Assembly: GCA_002811645.1 (NCBI GenBank)
Contig: PDIP01000027.1
Span: 65,216 to 129,215, forward strand
Length of the DNA stretch: 64,000 nucleotides
Direction of reading: 5' to 3'
From: Corallochytrium limacisporum Hawaii
Lineage: Eukaryota > Protista > Pluriformea
The position numbers and the translations under genes are program-made. Below, piece by piece: positions 38,231-46,901 of this stretch (the first letter of the stretch is position 1; each line of letters begins with the position of its first letter). A model generated the notes under the pieces. That model was not told the origin of the DNA and did no database searches. It saw nothing but the letters and a program-made list of their open reading frames with translations.

Positions 38231-41194
38231 ATGGCGTTGCAGTCGATAGTAACTTTCTATGTTCTCCTGATCTCAATCTCTGGATCCAGGGCCGCAGTCT
38301 GTCCTAAGGCAACACTGGCTGGTGAAAGGGTGAATTTGTTCAATCCTGAGGATGTATCAGATTTTGAAGTTTCCGTCCTACTCAGTGATGCGTTTTGCAT
38401 TGCGTCTACATGCCTGACCATTGAGGACCATGGCTATGATCTGATGGCCTACTGTGTCGCGGATGTCAACGATCCTTGTGTTTATTTGTATGACAAGACA
38501 GGGTCAGGCAACAAGATCCTACCTACAAGCTTGTCTGCGAACATTGCAAACGAGCAATTCGGACTACTTGCTACGTTTTCAGGTCCTTTGCCCGATGCGG
38601 ACTCCAGTCTAAGATTATTTTTAGGTAATGGATTTCGCAGTGGTGACAGGAGTGAGAACTTCGAGACCCAGGTGCTCGGTCACTGGATAAGCGCGAACAG
38701 TGCCTCTTTAGGCTGCTCATCATCGCCCCATGCCATTGAAGAGTACTGTAAACCTGTGACAGCTGATTTCGCACCCCAAATAACAGCAGAGTGGGGCTAT
38801 GATGCGAATGAGCGGGTAATTGAAGTCATCACTGACATTGACAGGAATTCTGGCCTGCAGGCTACCTTCGAGGTGTCTTCACTAACGATCGATGGTACCG
38901 ACCATTATGACTTCGCGCATCCGATATCGATTTCTATTCAAAAACCTGCTTCGTTTATTTCCGTTGCGGTCTCCTCCACAGAGCAGGTCCACCAAGATCG
39001 GTTTGAACAACTTGACTGGCTGGACAGTTTAGATTCACAAATCGTAGAGGAGGAAAGTACCGAAGAGGAAGCGGACCGTTGGCTTGACCGCTACCGTGCC
39101 GGTGAAACTGGATTGGTTCTGCTTTACGCGCTCCCCGGTGGATACGACCCCTTGAAATCCGCTGCTGACTATTTCAGTTTAGATTGGATGAAAGATGGTA
39201 TAATGACTTCATTTTACAGGGGTACACCATGGATAAAGGAAGCTCCTGCGGATTCTGTAGGTAGATATTGTCTCGAAATCTGTTCACCACGAAGCTCACA
39301 GTGTAAAAGCTCATCCATTCAGTGTGAGGTTGGTTCATTCTCAATGCATACACTACAAACAGGAGCCTTGTTTACGAAGATGTCAATGGGTGAGTCTGAC
39401 TTCAATGAGTCCCCTCTGGATGTGACGGTTTCTTATGGAGATTACGAAGACACTCTGATTCGATTATGCAATCTTGATGCATGTGTGGGAGACACCGCAG
39501 AATATCCTGGTATGCTTGGCTTCTTCACTGCTAGTGTGGAAATTTCGGTTTCCGCTCAACCTTCTTTCCTGGATTATGAGATCTGGGTGAACTCAAATAC
39601 GCTAGAAGTCGCCACTGTGACAGCGGATGAGTTTGGAGACGAATGTGGTAGTTTGGGAGTTTCCAACTACACTTTCCTTGACGAAAATCGCCTCACGAAT
39701 GCAGACTTCTGTAGGGCACCTTTTGGAAGCTGTGCATTCAAGACCATGAGTAACATCGCGTCTTTTAGAGAGCCATTCGAGTCCAGTCTTATTAAAGCTG
39801 GTCTGGGTCATTTCGATCCCCTTTCCTCTAAGGCGATCTTTGACGTTGATGATGCAAACCCTTGGCAAGTTACCTTGCGAATCCCACTGGATCATCCTCA
39901 GCTCACGGATATATTTAAAAGGCCGAAACTCCCTTCTGCTGACGATTGTGAGCCTCAGGCGGTCCTGGTCAACATTATAAACTATCGAGTTCAGTCGTCC
40001 TTTTCAGTGTTGAACGAAGGCACAGGTACTGGAGTGATTGAAGCGTCCTTGCAATGCAGCAAGATGGCAGGAGGTGCTGTGTTTGAGACCTCTGTTGCAC
40101 ATGAAGTGGACGCTGGAGACAACCAGACGTTCAACTTTTCTGGATATCTACCAGCGTCATATCAGGAAGAAGATAGGGTTGGCAGTCTGTCATGTATTGT
40201 AAGCTATGAGTTGGTAACTAGAAGAAGCCTTTGGCCAGTTGAGCAGTTTGAGAGGTCTTGTGCTGCTGCTACGATTTGGACGGTAGATGGGCATACGCAA
40301 CCAGTGACATCATGTGCCACAACCTCTACTCTGACTGCTGATGACTTCAAAGCTGATCGCGACATCGACAATACCACACGAGTCAATGTTTCGGGCCTTA
40401 CTTTGCGCAGCTCATGCTCTCCCACTCAGGTGACCATAGCAAGACTGTCTTTAAGCTGCGCCGCTGATGGACAAATCGTGACCTCCCAGAAATTGGTCGA
40501 ATTGACTGCTGCTGAGACGGCGTTGTCGATGCAAATTGAGGTCATCAGCACAGACTTTGGTTATGATTGTGCGTTAACGATATCTATTCTGAAACCAACT
40601 GGCGAAGAAATTGTGTTTGCGAACAACTTTTCAGTCGCCGCGGAGGAGCAACCTCCTGGTACCACGCCAGGATCCACATCGACCAGTGCCCCGTATCCAA
40701 GTGACACCACGTCCCCGACAGACCCTGAAGAAAGCGAAACAACTCCAGTTGCTGACGACAAGGACAGCGGATTGAGTCCCGCTGTGCTCGGGATCAGCAT
40801 TGCATTGCCCGCTACATTGCTTTTCTTTGTAGGTGGGATCCTACATCAGAGACACAGAAAGCAGTCCAGGGCTGTTAACCCACAACATCTGAAATTTCAA
40901 ATCGAGGGGCAGGATTTCAGTTTGATCACAAGTTGGGCAATAAGAACGGAGGCCGCCACATTGACCCAAGCCAAAGCATCCGACCATTGTGAAATACTGA
41001 AGTTTTTCTCAAACCCGGATTGGACTCTCGATGGGGTTTGCGCATTCAGCCCGCATGACCTAGTGGCTTCCATGGATCTACCTCACGTCCAGATTCGTGC
41101 CTCCGAAGACCCAGAAATCTACACAGAAAAAGTTGGAAAGAGCACCGTTATCTGGTTGTATAGTCCTCACGGACTATACAAACTCGAGTCCTGA
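38231..41194 (+). CDS. divergent HAP2/GCS1-like (fusexin, class II fusogen) type I membrane protein
   Basis: signal peptide from ATG 38231 (directly after TTTTCATCAG|); Cys-rich ectodomain with ECGSLGVS.YTF...FCRAPFGSC and VLNEGTG...LQCS resembling HAP2 motifs; S/T/P stalk, single TM near 40780-40843, basic stop-transfer. Confidence 0.6.
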   Translation: MALQSIVTFYVLLISISGSRAAVCPKATLAGERVNLFNPEDVSDFEVSVLLSDAFCIASTCLTIEDHGYDLMAYCVADVNDPCVYLYDKTGSGNKILPTSLSANIANEQFGLLATFSGPLPDADSSLRLFLGNGFRSGDRSENFETQVLGHWISANSASLGCSSSPHAIEEYCKPVTADFAPQITAEWGYDANERVIEVITDIDRNSGLQATFEVSSLTIDGTDHYDFAHPISISIQKPASFISVAVSSTEQVHQDRFEQLDWLDSLDSQIVEEESTEEEADRWLDRYRAGETGLVLLYALPGGYDPLKSAADYFSLDWMKDGIMTSFYRGTPWIKEAPADSVGRYCLEICSPRSSQCKSSSIQCEVGSFSMHTLQTGALFTKMSMGESDFNESPLDVTVSYGDYEDTLIRLCNLDACVGDTAEYPGMLGFFTASVEISVSAQPSFLDYEIWVNSNTLEVATVTADEFGDECGSLGVSNYTFLDENRLTNADFCRAPFGSCAFKTMSNIASFREPFESSLIKAGLGHFDPLSSKAIFDVDDANPWQVTLRIPLDHPQLTDIFKRPKLPSADDCEPQAVLVNIINYRVQSSFSVLNEGTGTGVIEASLQCSKMAGGAVFETSVAHEVDAGDNQTFNFSGYLPASYQEEDRVGSLSCIVSYELVTRRSLWPVEQFERSCAAATIWTVDGHTQPVTSCATTSTLTADDFKADRDIDNTTRVNVSGLTLRSSCSPTQVTIARLSLSCAADGQIVTSQKLVELTAAETALSMQIEVISTDFGYDCALTISILKPTGEEIVFANNFSVAAEEQPPGTTPGSTSTSAPYPSDTTSPTDPEESETTPVADDKDSGLSPAVLGISIALPATLLFFVGGILHQRHRKQSRAVNPQHLKFQIEGQDFSLITSWAIRTEAATLTQAKASDHCEILKFFSNPDWTLDGVCAFSPHDLVASMDLPHVQIRASEDPEIYTEKVGKSTVIWLYSPHGLYKLES

Positions 41195-41197
41195 GCT

Positions 41198-41764
41198 CTA
41201 CGGAGCAGCTGTACTCTTCACAGTGATGGCCTGAGACGGAGTGATCTTGAAGCCGTTTAGCTGCGAGATTGCCTCCTTTGCACCCTCTTCACTATCGTAT
41301 CGTACAAGGGCTGTTTGTTTCCCCGAAAGCAATTCAATTTTTGATAGTCCCTTAATCTGATTAAACAACATCATAATGACTGCTTCAGTTGTTTCTCTTG
41401 GGAGTTCTGTTACGACTACAGTGTACGAAGACGCTGCGTGACAATCCGCGTCAGGGTCAATCTCCATGGACTCCGCGACAAACTTTCTCAGAATCTTCGA
41501 GCGTTGCTTCGCATAATCTATCCGCATGGGTTTGCTGAAGAAATTAAAACCCTGGAGTTCACTCTTAGCCTCTGTTGCAGAGGCGAGATCTTTGTAGACG
41601 ACGAAGGCTTGACCTCGCTTCTTTATGCCTTTGTGTGCTACTATGTCTAGCACCGGACCGTGCAATGAAAACAGGGAATACAATGCTTTCTTCAGCTCCG
41701 GAATTTTAACCTTCTCATTAAGATTATTGACGTATAACGTCTGATTCGGTTTGTTCACGCTCAT
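41198..41764 (-). CDS. U1A/U2B''-family snRNP protein (two RRMs)
   Basis: 188 aa; PNQTLYVNNLNEKVK..ELKKALY, RGQAFVVY, second RRM ending LNGFKITP. Confidence 0.92.
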   Translation of the reverse strand: MSVNKPNQTLYVNNLNEKVKIPELKKALYSLFSLHGPVLDIVAHKGIKKRGQAFVVYKDLASATEAKSELQGFNFFSKPMRIDYAKQRSKILRKFVAESMEIDPDADCHAASSYTVVVTELPRETTEAVIMMLFNQIKGLSKIELLSGKQTALVRYDSEEGAKEAISQLNGFKITPSQAITVKSTAAP

Positions 41765-41766
41765 TT

Positions 41767-41928
41767 CTATGCCGAGACAAGGACTCGTACTTTGCCGAAT
41801 GCTTTCCTAGGTGATCATTGTGGGACTCACGACACAAAATCTACAAACTCTAAATGTCTTTTACATGTGCAACACACGATGCTCTTCGTTGACTGTTCTC
41901 TATGCTATGGCCGGAGATGCAAAAGTAC
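41767..41928 (-). other. predicted 5'UTR intron of U1A/U2B''
   Basis: CGG|GTACTT donor at 41928 (alternative GTGAGT 41830); CCTTGTCTCGGCATAG| 2 nt before the ATG. Confidence 0.55.
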
Positions 41929-42145
41929 CCGCACAGACCTTGCGACCGAGGGCACGTTTGCAGACTTGTCGCGCTCCGAACTCACGGATGCCCTCCTACG
42001 GCACCACACTCAACGAGCCGCGCGGTTCGGGCCCCGATTTCTTTTCCAAACGGTTTCGGTCGGGGAGCGGGTCTCGCTCTAGCTGTCGGCCGTCGCCTCG
42101 GCCCTTGCACGTCGCGTGGGGTTTTCGGAGTAGATGGGGAAGCGG

Positions 42146-42420
42146 GTGCGTGGGGTGCGTGGGTGCGGACCCGCGGTCCCATTGGCGCAACGGTTCACTG
42201 TCTGCGGGTTCTGCATGGCACCAGACTATCCGAATATTTGTACTCCAGAGTCTATTCCAACGTCATTTTCCCCCCTTATTTCTTCATAATAATCGATCAG
42301 TGTACCGGGACGATTCACCTATTTGAATTGTGTGTTTTGGTTTCTCCTTCCAGGACGCAATTGTAGCGTAAGTAAAACTCTTCTGTGACTTTCTATATAT
42401 TGGTTCGGGTGTGACTATAG
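42146..42420 (+). other. two predicted 5'UTR introns of DUS1 (42146-42353, 42368-42420) around a 14-nt exon
   Basis: GTGCGT donor ... TTTTGGTTTCTCCTTCCAG|; then GTAAGT ... GTGACTATAG|. Confidence 0.55.
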
Positions 42421-42490
42421 AGCAATGGGAAGGCGGCGTGTGGATCTTCCTTCCTGAAGAAAGTAAACAGGTGCACATTTCACGCTGAAA

Positions 42491-43957
42491 ATGACTGTGA
42501 ATGACGAATCCCACGGTGCAGCTGGAGAAGACACAATGATTCGGACAGCGGCCACAAAATTACGCGGATATGACTTCTATCGCCAGGTACTGAAGTCGCC
42601 TAAGCGTCTTGTTGCGCCAATGGTAGACCAGAGCGAGCTTCCCTGGCGCATGCTATCTCGAAAGTATAACGCGGATCTGTGCTACACACCCATGTTCCAT
42701 GCAGCTCTATTCGGTCAACACGCTTCATACAGGAAAGAGAACTTCCAGACTTGCCCGGAGGACAGGCCCTTAGTCGTTCAATTCTGTGCTAACGACCCGA
42801 ATGAACTGCTGAAAGCAGCAAAGTACGTCGAGAATGACTGCGACGCTGTGGACATTAATCTGGGCTGCCCTCAGGGCATTGCCCGCAAGGGCCACTACGG
42901 CGCCTTTCTGCAGGACGAATGGGAACTAGTTGCTAGCATGGTGCGTATCCTAGACAAGGAATTGAAAGTGCCAGTCACTTGCAAAATTCGGGTCTTTGAC
43001 ACCGTGGAGAAGACAGTTGCATACGCAAAGATGATTGAGGCGGCAGGCTGCAGTTTGCTTACAGTGCATGGCCGCACCCGGGAACAGAAGGGCCAGTTGA
43101 CCGGCCTAGCGGACTGGGACAAGATCAAGGCCGTGAAGGAGGCAGTGAAGATCCCAGTCATAGCAAATGGTAACATTGTAGAGTTTGAAAATGTCGATCA
43201 GTGTATTCAACAGACTGGTGTAGAGGGAGTCATGATTGCGGAGGCGAATCTGGCAAATCCCGCCTTCTTTGCCGAGACACATCCCCATATTTGTGACATA
43301 GCGGATGAGTACCTCGACCTCGTGGAGAAATATCCAATTCATCGGGGATCCATGAAGGCACACCTGTTTTACCTTTGGAAGAGGGCCCTGTACTTCCATC
43401 CTGAATTTCGGGACAGAGTGGGGACTGCGCACGATGTGCCGAGCATGCAGGCCGTGTCTCGGGATCTCCGCTCTGCGTTGGATGCGGATGAAAAGCGCTT
43501 TGCAGACAAGGGCATGGAGTGTCCCTTGGATCCTCCATACTGGCAGTGCTACAGCTTCATCCGTACACTCTTCAAGGAGCGGGTTGCAGCCATTCAGGAG
43601 AAATTGGGGGTCAAGTCAGATAAGAGTGTAAAGATGTCTACTGGTGAGGCTATGATGCAGCTTGTGGCCAGTGTTACGGACTCATCGGTAGATGAAATCC
43701 TTGCAGAGAAGCGCCGTCAGCGGGAACTGAAACGAAAACGCCGCCAAGAGACCATAGAAATGCGAAAGGAACGAAAAGCAAAGTTTGCAGGTATGTCTTG
43801 CCCAGTATGCAATGCAAATGCTGTGAGCCACAAGTGCAACCAGCTCGTCTGCAAAACCTGCTGCATCAAAAGGTGTAAGGCAGAGGATATCTGGTGCGAA
43901 CACCACCGAGTCAATCTGCAACTGAGGCATCAGCAAATCCTTGAGAAAGACAGTTAG
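42491..43957 (+). CDS. DUS1L: tRNA-dihydrouridine(16/17) synthase DUS1
   Basis: 488 aa; APMVDQSELPWR, DINLGCPQGIARKGHYGAFL, TVHGRTREQKG; C-terminal Cys-rich domain. Confidence 0.95.
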   Translation: MTVNDESHGAAGEDTMIRTAATKLRGYDFYRQVLKSPKRLVAPMVDQSELPWRMLSRKYNADLCYTPMFHAALFGQHASYRKENFQTCPEDRPLVVQFCANDPNELLKAAKYVENDCDAVDINLGCPQGIARKGHYGAFLQDEWELVASMVRILDKELKVPVTCKIRVFDTVEKTVAYAKMIEAAGCSLLTVHGRTREQKGQLTGLADWDKIKAVKEAVKIPVIANGNIVEFENVDQCIQQTGVEGVMIAEANLANPAFFAETHPHICDIADEYLDLVEKYPIHRGSMKAHLFYLWKRALYFHPEFRDRVGTAHDVPSMQAVSRDLRSALDADEKRFADKGMECPLDPPYWQCYSFIRTLFKERVAAIQEKLGVKSDKSVKMSTGEAMMQLVASVTDSSVDEILAEKRRQRELKRKRRQETIEMRKERKAKFAGMSCPVCNANAVSHKCNQLVCKTCCIKRCKAEDIWCEHHRVNLQLRHQQILEKDS

Positions 43958-44274
43958 TAGACTGGTACTGCTACGGAACCCAGAAATGGATCTGTCGCAT
44001 CTATGGAATAAATCACATCTAGATTTGCTTTGTGACGTACTGGTTCACAGCATCCAAGTTTCTCCCCGGGTTCTCTGCACCCATCTTAAGATCCGGGGCC
44101 TATTTATTTCTCCGTACCTCCCCCTTGACAAATAGGTAACCAACGTACACGGTACCACCACCCAACGTCACGCCCGGCAAAGGGGGCGAGTCTCGTGGCA
44201 GGGCACGGGACATTTCTCATTCGGTGGTACTGGTAGCGAGCAACCGGTACTTGCGACCATGTCATTCTAGCCAG

Positions 44275-44471
44275 GTACTCCATCATACATAAAGCCGAAC
44301 ACTTTTTGTGTGTCGCACATTTCGGAAAGATAGTCAATTGCTACTTCAGCGAGGTTAGAAATCACTTTTCCACAAAATAATGTTGATCTGTACAGGCATG
44401 GTTTACCGTAAGATTCTTTAAGAGCATAGGGTTGCAGGCAAGCGTTTGGGGTTCAAGAAATTTATTTTCAG
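44275..44471 (+). other. predicted 5'UTR intron(s) of ADCK1
   Basis: CAG|GTACTC 44275 or CCG|GTACTT 44247; TTTATTTTCAG| 2 nt before ATG 44474. Confidence 0.55.
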
Positions 44472-44473
44472 AC

Positions 44474-46270
44474 ATGTCCCTGGTTCGCGTTGCGCAGTGC
44501 ACAGGGATGCTCCACCGCAGTGGGCAATCTCTCGTAGCCAAGACGGGTGCCGTAGCATTAAGGAGACAGCAGACTGTATTGACCCAATGTTGGAGTCAGA
44601 CTCGCGGACTGTCTTCCACAGTCCAAGTACAGGGCTCCGGATTCGTACGGAGGTGGACAGTGCGGCTGTGTACCGCTGGCCTAGTGGCTGGCATGTTGAA
44701 CAGTCCAAAATTTCGTCGCGGCGTGGAAGACTCCATCGTCCAGGCCGAGCGCATTGCAATGGTCGACTACACTGTGTTCATGATAGTACTGGACTACAAG
44801 TGGAATCTGTGGCGCCGAGGGACGGATGATAAGCAAAAGATGAGCCAACTTTGGCATGAGCTTCACCAGCGTGCGGCAGAGCGCCTCCTGGCTCTTTGTC
44901 GCCACAATGGAGGTGTCTACATCAAACTGGGACAGCACGTCGGTGCTCTGGACTACCTTTTACCTGAGGAATACGTGAACACACTGCGGATCTTGCACGA
45001 CGAGGCACCGACAGACTCATGGAATGAGGTAGTCCGCATGGTAGAAAGCCAGTTACCGAATGGTAAGAAGCTCAATGATGTCTTTTCTAGTTTCGATCCG
45101 GTCCCAGTGGGTGCAGCAAGTCTAGCGCAGGTACACCGCGCAGTACTTCGGGAGACCGGAGAGACTGTCGCTGTAAAGGTACAGCATCCGCTTGTTGGCA
45201 GAAACGCGTACAATGACATTATTCTGACTGACTGGTTTGCACACGGTGTAGCGTGGCTATTTCCGGACTTCAAATTTCTGTGGGTTTCGGAGGAGATGAA
45301 GTTGAATGCACCAAAAGAGCTCAATTTTCTCCATGAAGCGGAGAATGCGGATCGCCTGCGACGTATGAAGGAGGATACTATACCCTGGCTGAGGATCCCA
45401 AGGATCCACTGGCAGCTCAGTACTTCAAAGATGTTGGTCATGGAATTTGTGGAAGGTGTGAAGTTCAACGACGCTGAGATGATGAAGGCAATCAAGGCGG
45501 ACCCCAATCTTCTATCCCGTCGCATAAAGGAATTGTATGCACAAATGATATTTGTGGATGGTTTCGTTCATGTCGATCCGCATTCGGGGAACATCATGAT
45601 TGATGTGGAGGACCCCTCCAGGATTATTCTATTGGACCATGGCATGTACCGCGATCTTCCGGATTCGTTCCGCATTTCCTATGCCTATCTTTGGAGCAGT
45701 CTGATCGATGGGAACCTGAAGAACATTAAGCGGTACTCAGAAGCTCTGGGAGTAGGTGAATTGTGGCCACTGTTTGCATGCATTGTGACGGGTCGCTCGT
45801 GGGAGAGCGTGCAACAGGGCGTTGGGGCTCCCGTCGACGCTAAGAAGAACGATGTTATGATCAAGCAGAACGTTGGACTTTATGTTAAGGAGATCATAGC
45901 TGTGCTAAATGATGTACCTCGTGACCTGCTTCTGATGCTGAAGACTAACGATTTGATCAAATCTCTCGATCACCAGCTGAAGCCGAATCGATGGGGAAGT
46001 AGCATGTCCAAAATGGCTGTGTATTGTAAGTGGGCCGTCTACAAACATGAGCAGGTCCAGGTTCGCTCGTTCACGCGACTTTGGATCAACCGTTTGAAAA
46101 TGTGGTCCTTGTATTTGAAGATCTGGCTGTACGATCTCACCCAACGGTTCTTTGACCTCACCGACAGCATTCCAGTCGTAGGCCAGTGGACTCGCCCTCA
46201 GGTGGAAGAGTGGACCGAAGATGATCTCGAGCCAGAGTCCATCGAGCGGGCCGCAGCATCTGTACAATAG
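44474..46270 (+). CDS. ADCK1: aarF/ABC1 atypical kinase ADCK1
   Basis: NGGVYIKLGQH, GAASLAQVH, VAVKVQHP, HVDPHSGN, LLDHG, LKTNDL. Confidence 0.9.
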   Translation: MSLVRVAQCTGMLHRSGQSLVAKTGAVALRRQQTVLTQCWSQTRGLSSTVQVQGSGFVRRWTVRLCTAGLVAGMLNSPKFRRGVEDSIVQAERIAMVDYTVFMIVLDYKWNLWRRGTDDKQKMSQLWHELHQRAAERLLALCRHNGGVYIKLGQHVGALDYLLPEEYVNTLRILHDEAPTDSWNEVVRMVESQLPNGKKLNDVFSSFDPVPVGAASLAQVHRAVLRETGETVAVKVQHPLVGRNAYNDIILTDWFAHGVAWLFPDFKFLWVSEEMKLNAPKELNFLHEAENADRLRRMKEDTIPWLRIPRIHWQLSTSKMLVMEFVEGVKFNDAEMMKAIKADPNLLSRRIKELYAQMIFVDGFVHVDPHSGNIMIDVEDPSRIILLDHGMYRDLPDSFRISYAYLWSSLIDGNLKNIKRYSEALGVGELWPLFACIVTGRSWESVQQGVGAPVDAKKNDVMIKQNVGLYVKEIIAVLNDVPRDLLLMLKTNDLIKSLDHQLKPNRWGSSMSKMAVYCKWAVYKHEQVQVRSFTRLWINRLKMWSLYLKIWLYDLTQRFFDLTDSIPVVGQWTRPQVEEWTEDDLEPESIERAAASVQ

Positions 46271-46701
46271 AATAAACAGAACTTAAAGAAATGAATCTAC
46301 GCTTAGATGTAATACACACCGCTCTACATAGGGACGATTCCACTTATCCGGACCTGGTGACAATTTGATTCCACTGCAGCAACAGATCGGCTACATTGTT
46401 ACTCACCGGGCCGTAGTTGGAGTCTGCTGGTATTCCCCTTCTCCTCGCAACGGATTCCCATCCCCAAGAGAGCGGGAGTCTATTTAGCTGGCTAGAAGGA
46501 AAGGGGGAGGGAAATGGGTGGGTGTTTCGGCGCGAAGAATTCGGAAACGGGGCGACCAGTGCGGGCTCAGCGCCAGCGACAGGTCGACGGAACGTGAGAC
46601 CCTGTGTTCATAGTGGGCCTGGTACACGGTTCACATGGCAAAGAGCCCCGGAAGTAAATGTCCAATTTGAAACTTGGGCGATTTTAAAGGACCACTTGCT
46701 G

Positions 46702-46870
46702 GTATGAAATGGTATGATAGAATATTGCGCTTTGTGGTGAAATTGTCCAATGATCCATGTATAGGAGTACCGCTTGGTATACACGTAGTGTCGAGAGCGA
46801 GCGTGGACAACAGAACAGTGTCCTAAGATTATACCCCAATACTGAAATATGTGAGTTGCTAAATGATTAG
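46702..46870 (+). other. predicted 5'UTR intron of RecQ
   Basis: CTG|GTATGA donor; GCTAAAT branch-like element plus GATTAG| (alternative acceptor 46764). Confidence 0.45.
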
Positions 46871-46901
46871 GAAGAGAAGATCTTGAAAGAGTCCGGTAAA
46901 C

